The notes under the pieces are model-generated. The model searched no databases and was not told the DNA's origin. It saw only the letters and a list, made by a program, of their open reading frames with translations. A program made the position numbers and the translations under genes. Of a stretch of 64,000 nucleotides of DNA, positions 26,610 to 36,438 are shown one piece after another (within the stretch, counting starts at the first letter, position 1; each line of letters begins with the position of its first letter). The stretch comes from an uncultured SAR86 cluster bacterium. GTDB lineage: Bacteria > Pseudomonadota > Gammaproteobacteria > Magnimaribacterales > D2472. Location of the stretch: NCBI GenBank assembly GCA_902511575.1, contig CABXFU010000002.1, forward strand, positions 89,444 to 153,443, given 5' to 3'.

Positions 26610-28658
26610 ATGAAAAGAATTTTGATCAACTGCTCATATTCAGATGAGCTTCGTGTAGCTTTGGTTGACGGCGCTAAACTATTTGACTTAGACAACGAGT
26701 TTAATGCTCAATCCCTGTTGAAAGGAAGTATATTCAAAGCAACTGTTTCCAGGGTTGAAACTAGTTTAGATGCTGCTTTTGTTAATTTTGGAAGTGAAAG
26801 GCATGGTTTTTTACCATTAAAAGAATTATCAAATGATTACTTTACTAAAGATGCTGATGGAAAAAAGAAATGTTCACTCAAGGAAGGCGATGAAATCCTC
26901 ATCCAAGTTCTAAAAGAAGAGCGAGGAACTAAAGGTGCCGCCCTATCAAACCAAATCTCACTTGCAGGGCGTTTTATAGTTTTAATTCCAAATTCTGAAA
27001 AATCTGGTGGTGTATCAAGAAGAATATCAGGAGATGAAAGAGATGAAATTAAGAATGCTTTGAATGCACTACAAATTCCAGAGGGCATGAGTGTAATTGT
27101 TAGAACTGCAGGCCTTGGAAGATCTACCGAGGAATTAAAATGGGATTTAGATTATTTAATGAATCTATGGGGTCAAATAAATTCAACTGTCAACGAGGCT
27201 CCAAGTCCTAGTTTAATTTATAAAGATGATAAATTAATTTTAAGAGTATTTAGAGATTATTTTAGAGACGACATAGAAGAAATTCTTATAGATGACGAAA
27301 CTGTGCATGCGGAAGCATTAGATTTTGCAAAGTCGGTAATACCAGATCATGCAGATAAAGTTATTTACTATAATGAAGACATTCCTTTATTTAATAGGTA
27401 CCAGATAGAAAGCCAAATTGAATTAGCATTTCAGAGAGAAATTTCATTACCCTCTGGTGGATCTATAGTAATAGATCCTACTGAAGCGATGGTTTCAATA
27501 GATGTTAATTCAGCACGCTCTACCAAAGGGAAAGATATAGAATCTACTGCTTTTGCTACAAACATGGAAGCAGCTAAAGAGGTTGCTCGACAACTTAGAT
27601 TGAGAGATTTAGGTGGCCTTATTGTTATTGATTTTATTGATATGCAAGATGAAAAACATCAACAAAAAGTTGAAAACACTTTTAGGTCCGCTGTTCAATC
27701 TGATAGAGCTAGAATACAGATTGCTGGAATTTCTAGATTTGGGTTATTGGAGCTATCTAGACAGCGCCTTAGGCCTTCTTTAGAGGAAACGTATGATATA
27801 CAACATGTCCAGATACGTGGCACTCGTTCTTTAGGTCAATCAATTTTAAGAATAATTAGTGAAGATGCAGCCAAGGAAAATACGGGTGAAATTCATGTAT
27901 ATGTTCCAGCAGATGTATCAAGCTATCTTTTGAATGAAAAAAGAAGAGACATCATTGCTATAGAGAATAGCTATAAAGTAAATATTTTAGTTATCGCTGA
28001 TCCGTACAAGTCAAGACCATACTATAAAGTTGCCAGAGTGAAAGCTGCTGCTGGAAAAAAGCCATTTTCATATGATATGACTCCAAACAGCCCTGAACCA
28101 TCCATGGATTGGCGTGATGTGAATTCAAATAAAAAAACATTAAAGCCTTTGGTTAAAGTTTCGGTCCCACCAAGAATGCCAAAGAAAAAAAATAAAAATG
28201 GCATCTTTGCATTTCTCAAATCTGTTTTAACTCTTTCTATTTTTAAATCTAAAAAGAAAAAGACAACTAAAAATAAAAGATCAAGAAATTACAAAAAAGG
28301 TCAATCCAGGACTAATAGAAATACTAGAAATGATAAAAACCAAAATAATCGAAGCAGAAGACCAAATAACAAAACTAAGGATAATAATTCAAAAAGAAGT
28401 CAACCAAAAAAATCTTCAAAACCAGTTGTAATACCTCCAAAGAAAGCTACACAGGCAGATACCAAAGTAGCTAAAACAAATAAAGTTAATAATGCTAATG
28501 CAGAGAAAGATGGCAATAAATCAAATGTTGAAGCTTCAGCATCTACGTCGCCAGCACCAAGTCCTGCGCCTAGGCCTACGCCAGTACCAACTCCTGCACC
28601 TACGCCAGCACCTAAGCCTACTAGAGCTTTAAACGACCCTCGATATAAGAGCGAATAA
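26610..28658 (+). CDS. rne: ribonuclease E (short form, low-complexity C-terminus)
   Basis: The likely start is MKRILINCSYSDELRVALVDG at 26610; the ORF-track start at 26577 is an over-extension. S1 domain, DNase-I-like and Zn-link regions are present (VIDFIDM, GISRFGLLELSRQRL). The C-terminal roughly 170 aa are K/N/R-rich and end in a Pro-rich repeat. Confidence 0.9.
   Translation: MKRILINCSYSDELRVALVDGAKLFDLDNEFNAQSLLKGSIFKATVSRVETSLDAAFVNFGSERHGFLPLKELSNDYFTKDADGKKKCSLKEGDEILIQVLKEERGTKGAALSNQISLAGRFIVLIPNSEKSGGVSRRISGDERDEIKNALNALQIPEGMSVIVRTAGLGRSTEELKWDLDYLMNLWGQINSTVNEAPSPSLIYKDDKLILRVFRDYFRDDIEEILIDDETVHAEALDFAKSVIPDHADKVIYYNEDIPLFNRYQIESQIELAFQREISLPSGGSIVIDPTEAMVSIDVNSARSTKGKDIESTAFATNMEAAKEVARQLRLRDLGGLIVIDFIDMQDEKHQQKVENTFRSAVQSDRARIQIAGISRFGLLELSRQRLRPSLEETYDIQHVQIRGTRSLGQSILRIISEDAAKENTGEIHVYVPADVSSYLLNEKRRDIIAIENSYKVNILVIADPYKSRPYYKVARVKAAAGKKPFSYDMTPNSPEPSMDWRDVNSNKKTLKPLVKVSVPPRMPKKKNKNGIFAFLKSVLTLSIFKSKKKKTTKNKRSRNYKKGQSRTNRNTRNDKNQNNRSRRPNNKTKDNNSKRSQPKKSSKPVVIPPKKATQADTKVAKTNKVNNANAEKDGNKSNVEASASTSPAPSPAPRPTPVPTPAPTPAPKPTRALNDPRYKSE
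28551..28622 (+). repeat. coding Pro-X tandem repeat (PAPSPAPRPTPVPTPAPTPAPKPT) at the RNase E C-terminus
   Basis: 24 codons of alternating CCN/XXX read directly. It overlaps the convergent nudC 3' end. Confidence 0.8.
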
Positions 28659-29448
28659 GCTGACCAGAAATTGATGCATCAGGTGGAATAATTGGTAATT
28701 CATTAATATTGAACCACCTAGCATCTTCAAGCTCGTTATCGTTTAACGCTATTTTTCCAGTTGTGTATCTGCAAAAGTAACCAAGCATTAACTGAGCTGG
28801 AAATGGCCATGATTGTGACGAGTAATATTTAATATCTGAAACTTCAACATTCACCTCCTCTTTTACTTCCCTAATTAATGCTTCTTCAGCATTTTCACCA
28901 GCTTCAATAAAACCTGCAAGGGTGCTATACATATTAGCTGGAAAGAATTTACTTCTTCCCAACAATATTTGATCCTCATCATGTACTAAAGTGATAATGC
29001 ACGGAGATATGGTGGGGTATTTAGGGCTAGAATTACACTCACACTCAAATGCACCCTCGATGTCATTGTACACATTGCTTTTTCCACAAATACTACAAAA
29101 GCCATTACTGGTAATCCATTTTTGAAGTATTGATGCGCGTGAGGCCAGCAAGAAACTAGATTGATCTAGGAAACTTAATATTTGTCTTAAATCAACAAAG
29201 TTTGTAGATTCAGGATTCATAAACAGACCTAAAATATTTTCACCTTTATTCACATTTAGTACATAGAAGTAGCAATCATCTATTAACGCTATTGATAAAT
29301 ATGGTTTTATATGATTTTTTAGATTTAAATCTTTTGGAGCAAAACTATAATTATTTTCGCTTTGATCGTATAAAATCTTACTATCGCAAAATATAATGAA
29401 CTTTGAATCTTCTTTGAATGACTCATGGAGCTCTCTTATTAATTTCAT
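28621..29448 (-). CDS. nudC: NADH pyrophosphatase (Nudix hydrolase NudC)
   Basis: 275 aa. Zinc ribbon CSICGKS...FECEC and Nudix box GFIEAGENAEEALIREVKEEVN, followed by the SQSWPFP motif typical of NudC. Confidence 0.8.
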   Translation of the reverse strand: MKLIRELHESFKEDSKFIIFCDSKILYDQSENNYSFAPKDLNLKNHIKPYLSIALIDDCYFYVLNVNKGENILGLFMNPESTNFVDLRQILSFLDQSSFLLASRASILQKWITSNGFCSICGKSNVYNDIEGAFECECNSSPKYPTISPCIITLVHDEDQILLGRSKFFPANMYSTLAGFIEAGENAEEALIREVKEEVNVEVSDIKYYSSQSWPFPAQLMLGYFCRYTTGKIALNDNELEDARWFNINELPIIPPDASISGQLIRSYIEGRLKL

Positions 29449-29466
29449 GTGAACTAGGATTTAAAT

Positions 29467-30978
29467 ATGATAAATAACTTATATAAAATGTTTCTGGGTG
29501 ATTCGCCTAACTGGTACAAAAATACCATCATAGCGTTTTTAGCAATTAATCCTATTACTTTATTAATTTTAAACTCCATGGAATTAAATGGTAATTTCAT
29601 CGTGGGCTGGATGGTTTTATTAGAATTCATCTTTACGCTGGCCCTTGCTCTTAAATGCTATCCACTCCAACCAGGAGGATTAATTGCAATACAAGCGCTA
29701 TTTCTTGGGCTAACAAATCCCTACTCCTTACTGCATGAAATCGAACATAATTTAGAGGTTATTTTATTATTGGTATTTATGGTTGCTGGCATTTATTTTA
29801 TGAAAAATTTAATGCTAACAATTTTTACAAAACTTCTTCTTACGATTCAATCGAAAACAAAATTATCATTAATGTTTTGTTTTGTTTCAGCTTTCTTATC
29901 TGCATTTTTGGATGCCCTAACTGTAACTGCAGTTTTGATAGCTGTAGCAGTTGGTTTCTATAGAATATTTCATCTAGCAAATTCTGGATTAGCTTTTTCT
30001 ACTTTAGCCCATGATTATCAAGATGATACCTCTCTATCTGAGGCTGGCATTGAAGATTTAGAACACTTCAAAGCCTTCCTTAGAGACTTAATTATGCATG
30101 GTGTTGTTGGAACAGCTCTGGGTGGTGTGTGCACGATTGTTGGAGAACCACAAAACTTGCTTATTGCAAATGTTGCAGGCTGGGAGTTTATTGAATTCAT
30201 GATAAAAATGGCTCCAATCACCGCTCCCGTTTTTGTAGCAGGAATGATCACCTGCTTTGCAATTGAAAAACTTCGTATCTTTGGCTTTGGAAATCAACTT
30301 CCTCTTAGAATTAAAAATATATTCCACGAGTTTAATGATTATGAGCTTGCTAAAAGCACTGATGAGAGCAGACTGGAACTTTACATCGAAATGCTTGTAG
30401 GAATTTTCTTGATAATTGCTTTAGCGCTTCATTTAGCTGCAGTTGGAATCATCGGTTTGGGCGTGATTATTCTACTAACATCCTTTAAAGGCATTACTCA
30501 TGAGCATGACCTTGGAGATGCTTTTAAGGAGGCTCTTCCTTTTACAGCATTATTGGTTGTTTTCTTCGGCGTGGTAAGCGTTATAGCAGATCAACAATTG
30601 TTCACTCCCATTATTACGTTTGTATTAGCTCAGGAAGCGGCTAATCAAGCTCCAATATTCTTCGTAGCCAACGGAGTTTTGTCAGCTATCAGTGATAATG
30701 TTTTTGTAGCAACAATTTATATAAACGAAATTAAAGATGCATTAGATATGAATGTTATCTCAAGAGAACAATTTGATAAGCTGGCAATAGCTATTAATAC
30801 TGGAACGAATATTCCAAGTATAGCAACGCCAAATGGTCAAGCAGCCTTTTTATTTCTTTTGACATCATCCTTGGCTCCATTGATCAATCTTTCATATATG
30901 AGAATGGTTGTAATGGCCCTCCCATATACTATTGTTTTAAGTATTGTTGGTTTTATAGCGGTAGTTATCAATTTATAG
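29467..30978 (+). CDS. nhaB: Na+/H+ antiporter NhaB
   Basis: 503 aa polytopic protein. The N-terminus [21 protein letters not shown] and the overall length match NhaB. Confidence 0.85.
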   Translation: MINNLYKMFLGDSPNWYKNTIIAFLAINPITLLILNSMELNGNFIVGWMVLLEFIFTLALALKCYPLQPGGLIAIQALFLGLTNPYSLLHEIEHNLEVILLLVFMVAGIYFMKNLMLTIFTKLLLTIQSKTKLSLMFCFVSAFLSAFLDALTVTAVLIAVAVGFYRIFHLANSGLAFSTLAHDYQDDTSLSEAGIEDLEHFKAFLRDLIMHGVVGTALGGVCTIVGEPQNLLIANVAGWEFIEFMIKMAPITAPVFVAGMITCFAIEKLRIFGFGNQLPLRIKNIFHEFNDYELAKSTDESRLELYIEMLVGIFLIIALALHLAAVGIIGLGVIILLTSFKGITHEHDLGDAFKEALPFTALLVVFFGVVSVIADQQLFTPIITFVLAQEAANQAPIFFVANGVLSAISDNVFVATIYINEIKDALDMNVISREQFDKLAIAINTGTNIPSIATPNGQAAFLFLLTSSLAPLINLSYMRMVVMALPYTIVLSIVGFIAVVINL

Positions 30979-30982
30979 TTAG

Positions 30983-31945
30983 ATGTCTTTTAATCATAAA
31001 TTCTGCATTGCTCCAATGATGCAATGTACTGATATACATGATCGATATTTATTTCGCCTAATAACTAAAAAAGCTTTTTTATATACAGAAATGGTTACCA
31101 CAGGAGCTATTATTCATGGTGGATGCCTAGATCAATTAAACTTTAATAAAGAAATTGAACATCCAGTTGCGGTTCAACTTGGCGGATCAGACCCTAGTGA
31201 ACTTGCGGAGTGCTCAAAAATATGTGGTTCATTGGGCTATGACGAAATTAATTTGAATATCGGCTGCCCATCTGAAAGAGTGCAAAAGGGTTCATTTGGA
31301 GCCTGCTTAATGCAAGAACCAGAACTTGTAAAAGACTGCATTGAGGCTATGCAAGAAGCTACATCAACACCTATTACTATTAAATGCAGAATTGGAGTTA
31401 ATGAGAGAGACGATATAGATTTTATAAATAATTTTGTTAACCAAATAGTAAATCCAAAACTTAAAACAATTATTGTTCATGCAAGGGTAGCGATTTTAAA
31501 AGGTCTTACACCAAGACAAAATAGACAAATTCCTCCATTAAAATATCAAAATGTCTATCAACTTAAAAAAGAATTTCCAGATCTAGAGATTGTAATCAAT
31601 GGCGGAATTAAAGATGTGAATGATTCAATTCAACATTTAGAGCAGGTGGATGGAGTTATGCTTGGTCGCAGCCCTTATGATAATCCAATGATTGTTAGCA
31701 ATGTTGATTCTACAATTTTTGATGAAGTAGATATTGGAGATGATAGAAAGTCTATATTAAAAAAGTACATACAATATTGCTTGATCCAGGCTGATTTAGG
31801 GCATCCACTTTCCCGAACTCTTAAACATATCTTTGGGTTAAATCGAGGATTAAAGAACGCTAAGGCCTATAGATCTCTGATTCTTCAAACTATGCAAAGG
31901 AATAACTTGGAAGCCACTGAACAAGATCTAATATCGATGGTGTAA
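30983..31945 (+). CDS. dusA: tRNA dihydrouridine synthase A
   Basis: 320 aa. FCIAPMMQCTD, INLNIGCPS, HARVAILKGLTPRQNRQIPPL, and GRSPY are characteristic of DusA. Confidence 0.9.
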   Translation: MSFNHKFCIAPMMQCTDIHDRYLFRLITKKAFLYTEMVTTGAIIHGGCLDQLNFNKEIEHPVAVQLGGSDPSELAECSKICGSLGYDEINLNIGCPSERVQKGSFGACLMQEPELVKDCIEAMQEATSTPITIKCRIGVNERDDIDFINNFVNQIVNPKLKTIIVHARVAILKGLTPRQNRQIPPLKYQNVYQLKKEFPDLEIVINGGIKDVNDSIQHLEQVDGVMLGRSPYDNPMIVSNVDSTIFDEVDIGDDRKSILKKYIQYCLIQADLGHPLSRTLKHIFGLNRGLKNAKAYRSLILQTMQRNNLEATEQDLISMV

Positions 31946-31948
31946 AAC

Positions 31949-32656
31949 TTAATCAAGCAAAAAATCATCCATATCGTCAACAAAATCATCTGGCTGATCC
32001 TGTCCATTGCTTGATTCAAAAGCTTGGTACTGCATATATGAGTCTCTTATAAAAGAGTATCTGTCGCCTATAATTAAGGTTTCAACCTCAAGATATCTAG
32101 CGCGTGTCTCTAAGGCATCAAGAGCTGTAACTCCAATCCTCACATCAGTCTCCTCAATTGCGAATGTCCCTCCTAAAACTGAACTAACGCTTCGACCAGC
32201 TAAACCTCGAGGAGTAGAAGGTCCATATATAGGAATCATCAAAAATGGTCCTGAATCGACCCCCCATGATCCTAATGTTTGACCAAAATCCTCGTCATGT
32301 CTTTCTAAGCCAAAACGTGAACCAACATCAATAAAACCACCCAAACCAAGGGTTGAATTAATTATAAATCGAGAAAAGTCATTCACTGCAAGAAGAGGCC
32401 TGCCTTGTAATAACTGATTGGCAGTATTATCAAGCTCATTTAAATTTCTAAAAAAATTACTAATTCCAATTTCTATAAAATCAGGAGTAACAGATGTATA
32501 TACTTCAGCCGTAGGTTTAGCAAAATTATTATCAAGAAATTCATTAAAGGCCCAAATTTTTCTGTTGTAATCTTCAAATGGATCTTCTACAGCATAAGTA
32601 TTTATGCTTAGAAGAAGCGTTAGATAAACTGAAATATGTTTTTTAAATTTAATCAT
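31949..32656 (-). CDS. mlaA: MlaA/VacJ-family outer-membrane lipid asymmetry protein
   Basis: 235 aa. Signal peptide, DPFEDYNRKIWAFNEFLD, NFFRNLNE, QGRP, and GPFLMIPIYGPST. Confidence 0.8.
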   Translation of the reverse strand: MIKFKKHISVYLTLLLSINTYAVEDPFEDYNRKIWAFNEFLDNNFAKPTAEVYTSVTPDFIEIGISNFFRNLNELDNTANQLLQGRPLLAVNDFSRFIINSTLGLGGFIDVGSRFGLERHDEDFGQTLGSWGVDSGPFLMIPIYGPSTPRGLAGRSVSSVLGGTFAIEETDVRIGVTALDALETRARYLEVETLIIGDRYSFIRDSYMQYQAFESSNGQDQPDDFVDDMDDFLLD

Positions 32657-33369
32657 GTGAACTTAATAAGCTCATTATAGAGGGGCTCAAAAAAAGTTGA
32701 TAAATTATTTGGATTAAAGTTTGCCAAATCTTTGGTTCTGGGAATAGAACCCAAAACTTTTAATCCGATTTCATTTTCAAGATTGATTGAGGGGAATTCA
32801 AAAATTTGCTCTTCAGAATTCGGATAGACTGAATAAGACATATTATCAACCACACCAATCATAGGGATTTTAAGTTTTTCAAACATTGTCTTTGATTTAA
32901 TGGTGTCTTGAACAGCTAATTTACTCTGAGAGGTAACTAAAATAACGTGGTTTGGCTTAATCTCTGATGCTACTGTTAGGTATGCATCACCAGTACCTGG
33001 CGGCATATCAATAAATAAATAATCAAGATTGCCCCATTGGGTTAACTCTTTGAGTTGCTTGATTGCGCCACTAAGCATAGGCCCTCTCCACATTGCAGCC
33101 TTATCTTCATCAAGAATAAACCCCATACTATTTAAAAAAATATTATTTACTTCAATAGGTATGAAAGACTTTTTTCCATCTATAGTTTTAACTTCTGGTT
33201 TGGACTTGAAAACGTCAAAGAGAATATGCTGATTAGGCCCATATATATCTGCATCCAAAATTCCAACTTTAAAATCTTTAGCAAAATAAGTTGCCAAATT
33301 TGCGCAAATTGTAGATTTGCCAACTCCACCTTTTGCTGAAGCTACAGCAATTATTTGTTTGATGCCCAT
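32653..33369 (-). CDS. Mrp/ApbC-like P-loop ATPase, short form lacking the CxxC motif
   Basis: 238 aa. Deviant Walker A AVASAKGGVGKST, plus DADIYGP and DMPPGTGD. The position equivalent to NMS..C..C reads DNMSYSVYPNSEE. The gene is divergent from metG, as mrp is in E. coli. Confidence 0.75.
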   Translation of the reverse strand: MGIKQIIAVASAKGGVGKSTICANLATYFAKDFKVGILDADIYGPNQHILFDVFKSKPEVKTIDGKKSFIPIEVNNIFLNSMGFILDEDKAAMWRGPMLSGAIKQLKELTQWGNLDYLFIDMPPGTGDAYLTVASEIKPNHVILVTSQSKLAVQDTIKSKTMFEKLKIPMIGVVDNMSYSVYPNSEEQIFEFPSINLENEIGLKVLGSIPRTKDLANFNPNNLSTFFEPLYNELIKFT

Positions 33370-33424
33370 TGATATAATGTTTTGACTTATAATACTCGAT
33401 TAGTAGTTAAATTGGGTCTCTGAA

Positions 33425-35392
33425 ATCAATAAAACAAGAAAAATAATCGTAACAAATGCCCTTCCATACGCAAATGGTAATATCCATGTCGGCCATATTT
33501 TAGAGCATATTCAAACTGATATCTGGTCTCGTTTTATGAGGTTAATGGATCATGAGGTTTTGACCTTTTGTGCAGATGATGCGCATGGCGCACCTATTAT
33601 GATGAAGGCAGATGAATTGGGCATCGAACCAACAGCATTCATAGATGAAATTAATAAAAGCCACCAAGAATCATTAGCTAAATTTGGTATTGAATATACA
33701 AACTATTACTCAACACATTCCAAAGAAAATGAAGCCCTAGTTTCAGAAATTTACCTTGATGCTAAATCTTCAGGCTATATTTACAAAAAGGAAATTGAAC
33801 AATGCTTTGATGAAGAGAAGCAGATGTTCCTAGCTGACAGATATGTTGTTGGCGAATGTCCTAAATGTTCAGCAAAGAATCAGTATGGAGATGGGTGCGA
33901 AGAATGTGGAGCTACCTACTCTGCTACAGAGCTCATCAATCCTAAATCATCATTATCTGGTACCACGCCAATAACAAAAATTTCTGAACATATATTTTTT
34001 GACTTAGAAAAGGCGAAAGATGATCTGGTGAATTTCCTAGATAATTCATCAATACAAAAACCAATACTTGGAAAGTTATCAGAATGGCTTGATGGTGATT
34101 TAAAAAGCTGGGATATCTCAAGAGATGCTCCATACTTTGGCTTTCAAATACCTGATGAAACTGAAAAATATTTTTATGTTTGGGTTGATGCTCCTATTGG
34201 TTATATGGCATCAGCTGATAATTGGGCTAATAAAAACTCCCATTCACTAGCAAATTTATGGGGCAGAGAATCTGATTACGAAATACATCATTTTATTGGT
34301 AAAGATATTACATATTTTCATGGATTATTTTGGCCAGCTCTATTAATGAAATCAAAATATAAACTTCCAGATAGTATTCATGTGCATGGTTTTGTGACTG
34401 TCAATGGAGAAAAGATGTCTAAATCAAAAGGCACATTTATAACAGCTGATCAATTTGCTGATGCGTGTGATCCAGAATTATTGAGATATTATTTTGCAAG
34501 CAAATTAAACTCCAAAATTGAAGACTTGGATTTAAACCTTGAGGATTTAGCAAAAAAAGTTAACTCAGATTTAGTTGGTAAATTTTCAAATATTTTTAGC
34601 CGTTCAGCACCTTTCATTTCAAAAAATGATAACCGCCTTAGTGAAGCAGTTCATCAAGACCATTTATTACATTGCAATAAAAATATCGAAAAAATATTAC
34701 AACATTTTGAGAATAAGGAATTCTCTAAAGCAATCAAGTTAATCATGGAGATTGCTGATGATACTAATAAATATATTAATGAGTATGCTCCTTGGAAGCT
34801 AGATCAATCCGAAGCACTTACTGTTGCCACAACAGCTATTAATGTTTTTAAAGACTTATGCATCTTACTATCGCCCGTTACTCCAGAACTATGCAAGAAA
34901 ATGTTGTTAATGTTAAATATTGATAACCAAAATATAGAAAACCTCAAAATTGAATTAATTAATGTTGAAATAAATGAATTTGAACCTATTCTCTCAAGAG
35001 TCAAAGCATTAAATATCAAAGACTTTTACAAAAAGGATGAAAAAATGAAAGAAGAAGATAACAATATTATTCAAATAGATGACTTCATGAAAGTCGATCT
35101 AAGGGTTGCTAAGGTTGAAGAAGTTTCATACGTAGAAGGTGCAGATAAATTACTTGCTATCAAGTTAGACTTAGGTGATTTAGGGACAAAAAATGTATTT
35201 GCTGGAATTAAATCAGCATATGAACCTGCTGAATTAGAAGGCAAATTAGTTGTAATGGTTTACAACCTAGCTCCAAGAAAGATGAAATTTGGGATTTCTG
35301 AAGGTATGATTTTGGCTGCAAGTGATTCAGAGGGTGGTATTTTTGTATTGTCTCCTGATTCGGGGGCTCAACCAGGGCAAAAAATTAAATGA
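33425..35392 (+). CDS. metG: methionyl-tRNA synthetase with C-terminal tRNA-binding domain; start codon non-canonical or unresolved
   Basis: The ORF-track start (33536) omits conserved sequence. The in-frame upstream translation reads ...INKTRKIIVTNALPYANGNIHVGHILEHIQTDIWSRF and contains the HIGH motif. Also present are the Zn knuckle CPKC..CEEC, KMSKS, and a Trbp111-like C-terminus (VDLRVAKV). There is no ATG, GTG or TTG between the stop at 33404 and 33536; candidate starts are ATC 33425, ATA 33443 and ATC 33446. Confidence 0.85.
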   Translation: MNKTRKIIVTNALPYANGNIHVGHILEHIQTDIWSRFMRLMDHEVLTFCADDAHGAPIMMKADELGIEPTAFIDEINKSHQESLAKFGIEYTNYYSTHSKENEALVSEIYLDAKSSGYIYKKEIEQCFDEEKQMFLADRYVVGECPKCSAKNQYGDGCEECGATYSATELINPKSSLSGTTPITKISEHIFFDLEKAKDDLVNFLDNSSIQKPILGKLSEWLDGDLKSWDISRDAPYFGFQIPDETEKYFYVWVDAPIGYMASADNWANKNSHSLANLWGRESDYEIHHFIGKDITYFHGLFWPALLMKSKYKLPDSIHVHGFVTVNGEKMSKSKGTFITADQFADACDPELLRYYFASKLNSKIEDLDLNLEDLAKKVNSDLVGKFSNIFSRSAPFISKNDNRLSEAVHQDHLLHCNKNIEKILQHFENKEFSKAIKLIMEIADDTNKYINEYAPWKLDQSEALTVATTAINVFKDLCILLSPVTPELCKKMLLMLNIDNQNIENLKIELINVEINEFEPILSRVKALNIKDFYKKDEKMKEEDNNIIQIDDFMKVDLRVAKVEEVSYVEGADKLLAIKLDLGDLGTKNVFAGIKSAYEPAELEGKLVVMVYNLAPRKMKFGISEGMILAASDSEGGIFVLSPDSGAQPGQKIK

Positions 35393-36432
35393 AAATTGAA
35401 ACAGATATATTGGTTATTGGTGCGGGTCCAGTTGGTCTATTCACTGTATTTGAAGCAGGCTTGTTAGGTCTTAAGTGCACATTAATTGATAACTTAGATA
35501 AAGTAGGAGGCCAATGTTCTGAACTTTACCCAGAAAAACCAATTTACGATATACCTGGTGTCCCCTCTCAAACCGCTCAAGAGCATGTTGATGCATTGAT
35601 TGAGCAAATTAAACCTTTTGAATACGACCTGCATCTTTCCCAAAGAGTTGAATCGATTGAGATTCATTCAACTGCTGATGATATGACCACCTGGTTAATC
35701 AAAACTAATGAAGGAATTGAATGTGTTACTAAAAATATCTTTATTGCAGCTGGCGCTGGCTCATTTGAACCAAGGAGACCTCCCAACATAGAAGAGCCAG
35801 ATAAATTTTTAGGTAATGGTGTCAGTTATGCTGTTAAATCAAAGGACCTTTATAAAGATAAAAATCTATTTATTTTTGGTGGCGGTGACTCTGCTCTTGA
35901 TTGGACGGTTGAACTAGCTAAAACATCAAAATCATTAAATTTAATTCATCGAAGAGATCAATTCAGAGGCGCTCAACACACCGAGGCGCAAATGAGAGAT
36001 TTGGTAAATAGTGGAGATGTTAATCTCCTAACTCCTTTCCAGATTGAGGGCATTATAGGAGATGAAAAAGTTACAGGAGTAACGCTAAAAAACTTTGATA
36101 CTAAAGAGTCTGTTACACATGAAGCTGATGAGCTTTTGTTTTTATTTGGTCTAAATAAGAAATTAGGGCCTATTCTTGAGTGGGAGCTTGAACTGGCATC
36201 TAAAAAAATTGCTGTGAATACAGAAGATTTTCAAACAAATAGAGATGGTATTTTTGCAGTTGGAGATATCAATGACTATCCTGGCAAACTTGATTTAATA
36301 CTATGTGGTTTTCACGAAACAACCTTGGCTGTACAAAAAGCTTTTCAAAGAATTTTTCCTGGTGAGAGAGTTCCATTTGGATATACAACTTCAAATACAA
36401 AACTACAGAAGAAATTAGGTGTTGTTGATTAA
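35389..36432 (+). CDS. ferredoxin-NADP+ reductase, thioredoxin-reductase-like type
   Basis: 347 aa. DILVIGAGPVG, GGQC..LYPEKPIYDIPG, a second Rossmann motif FIFGGGDSALDW, and no CxxC redox pair. This pattern is typical of TrxR-like FNR. There is a 4-bp overlap with metG. Confidence 0.8.
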   Translation: MKIETDILVIGAGPVGLFTVFEAGLLGLKCTLIDNLDKVGGQCSELYPEKPIYDIPGVPSQTAQEHVDALIEQIKPFEYDLHLSQRVESIEIHSTADDMTTWLIKTNEGIECVTKNIFIAAGAGSFEPRRPPNIEEPDKFLGNGVSYAVKSKDLYKDKNLFIFGGGDSALDWTVELAKTSKSLNLIHRRDQFRGAQHTEAQMRDLVNSGDVNLLTPFQIEGIIGDEKVTGVTLKNFDTKESVTHEADELLFLFGLNKKLGPILEWELELASKKIAVNTEDFQTNRDGIFAVGDINDYPGKLDLILCGFHETTLAVQKAFQRIFPGERVPFGYTTSNTKLQKKLGVVD

Positions 36433-36438
36433 TTTTTA

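Noticed and set aside
26420-26695. A 91-aa minus-strand ORF spanning the rne leader and the rne start.
   Set aside because: It overlaps the RNase E N-terminus and the hairpin-rich leader. The peptide is hydrophobic and low-complexity, with no Shine-Dalgarno sequence and no homology that I recognise. It is better explained as non-coding leader.
28551-28622. A short tandem CCN-rich DNA repeat that could be mistaken for a non-coding repeat or array.
   Set aside because: It is in frame within rne and encodes a Pro-X low-complexity tail, with no spacer/repeat architecture.
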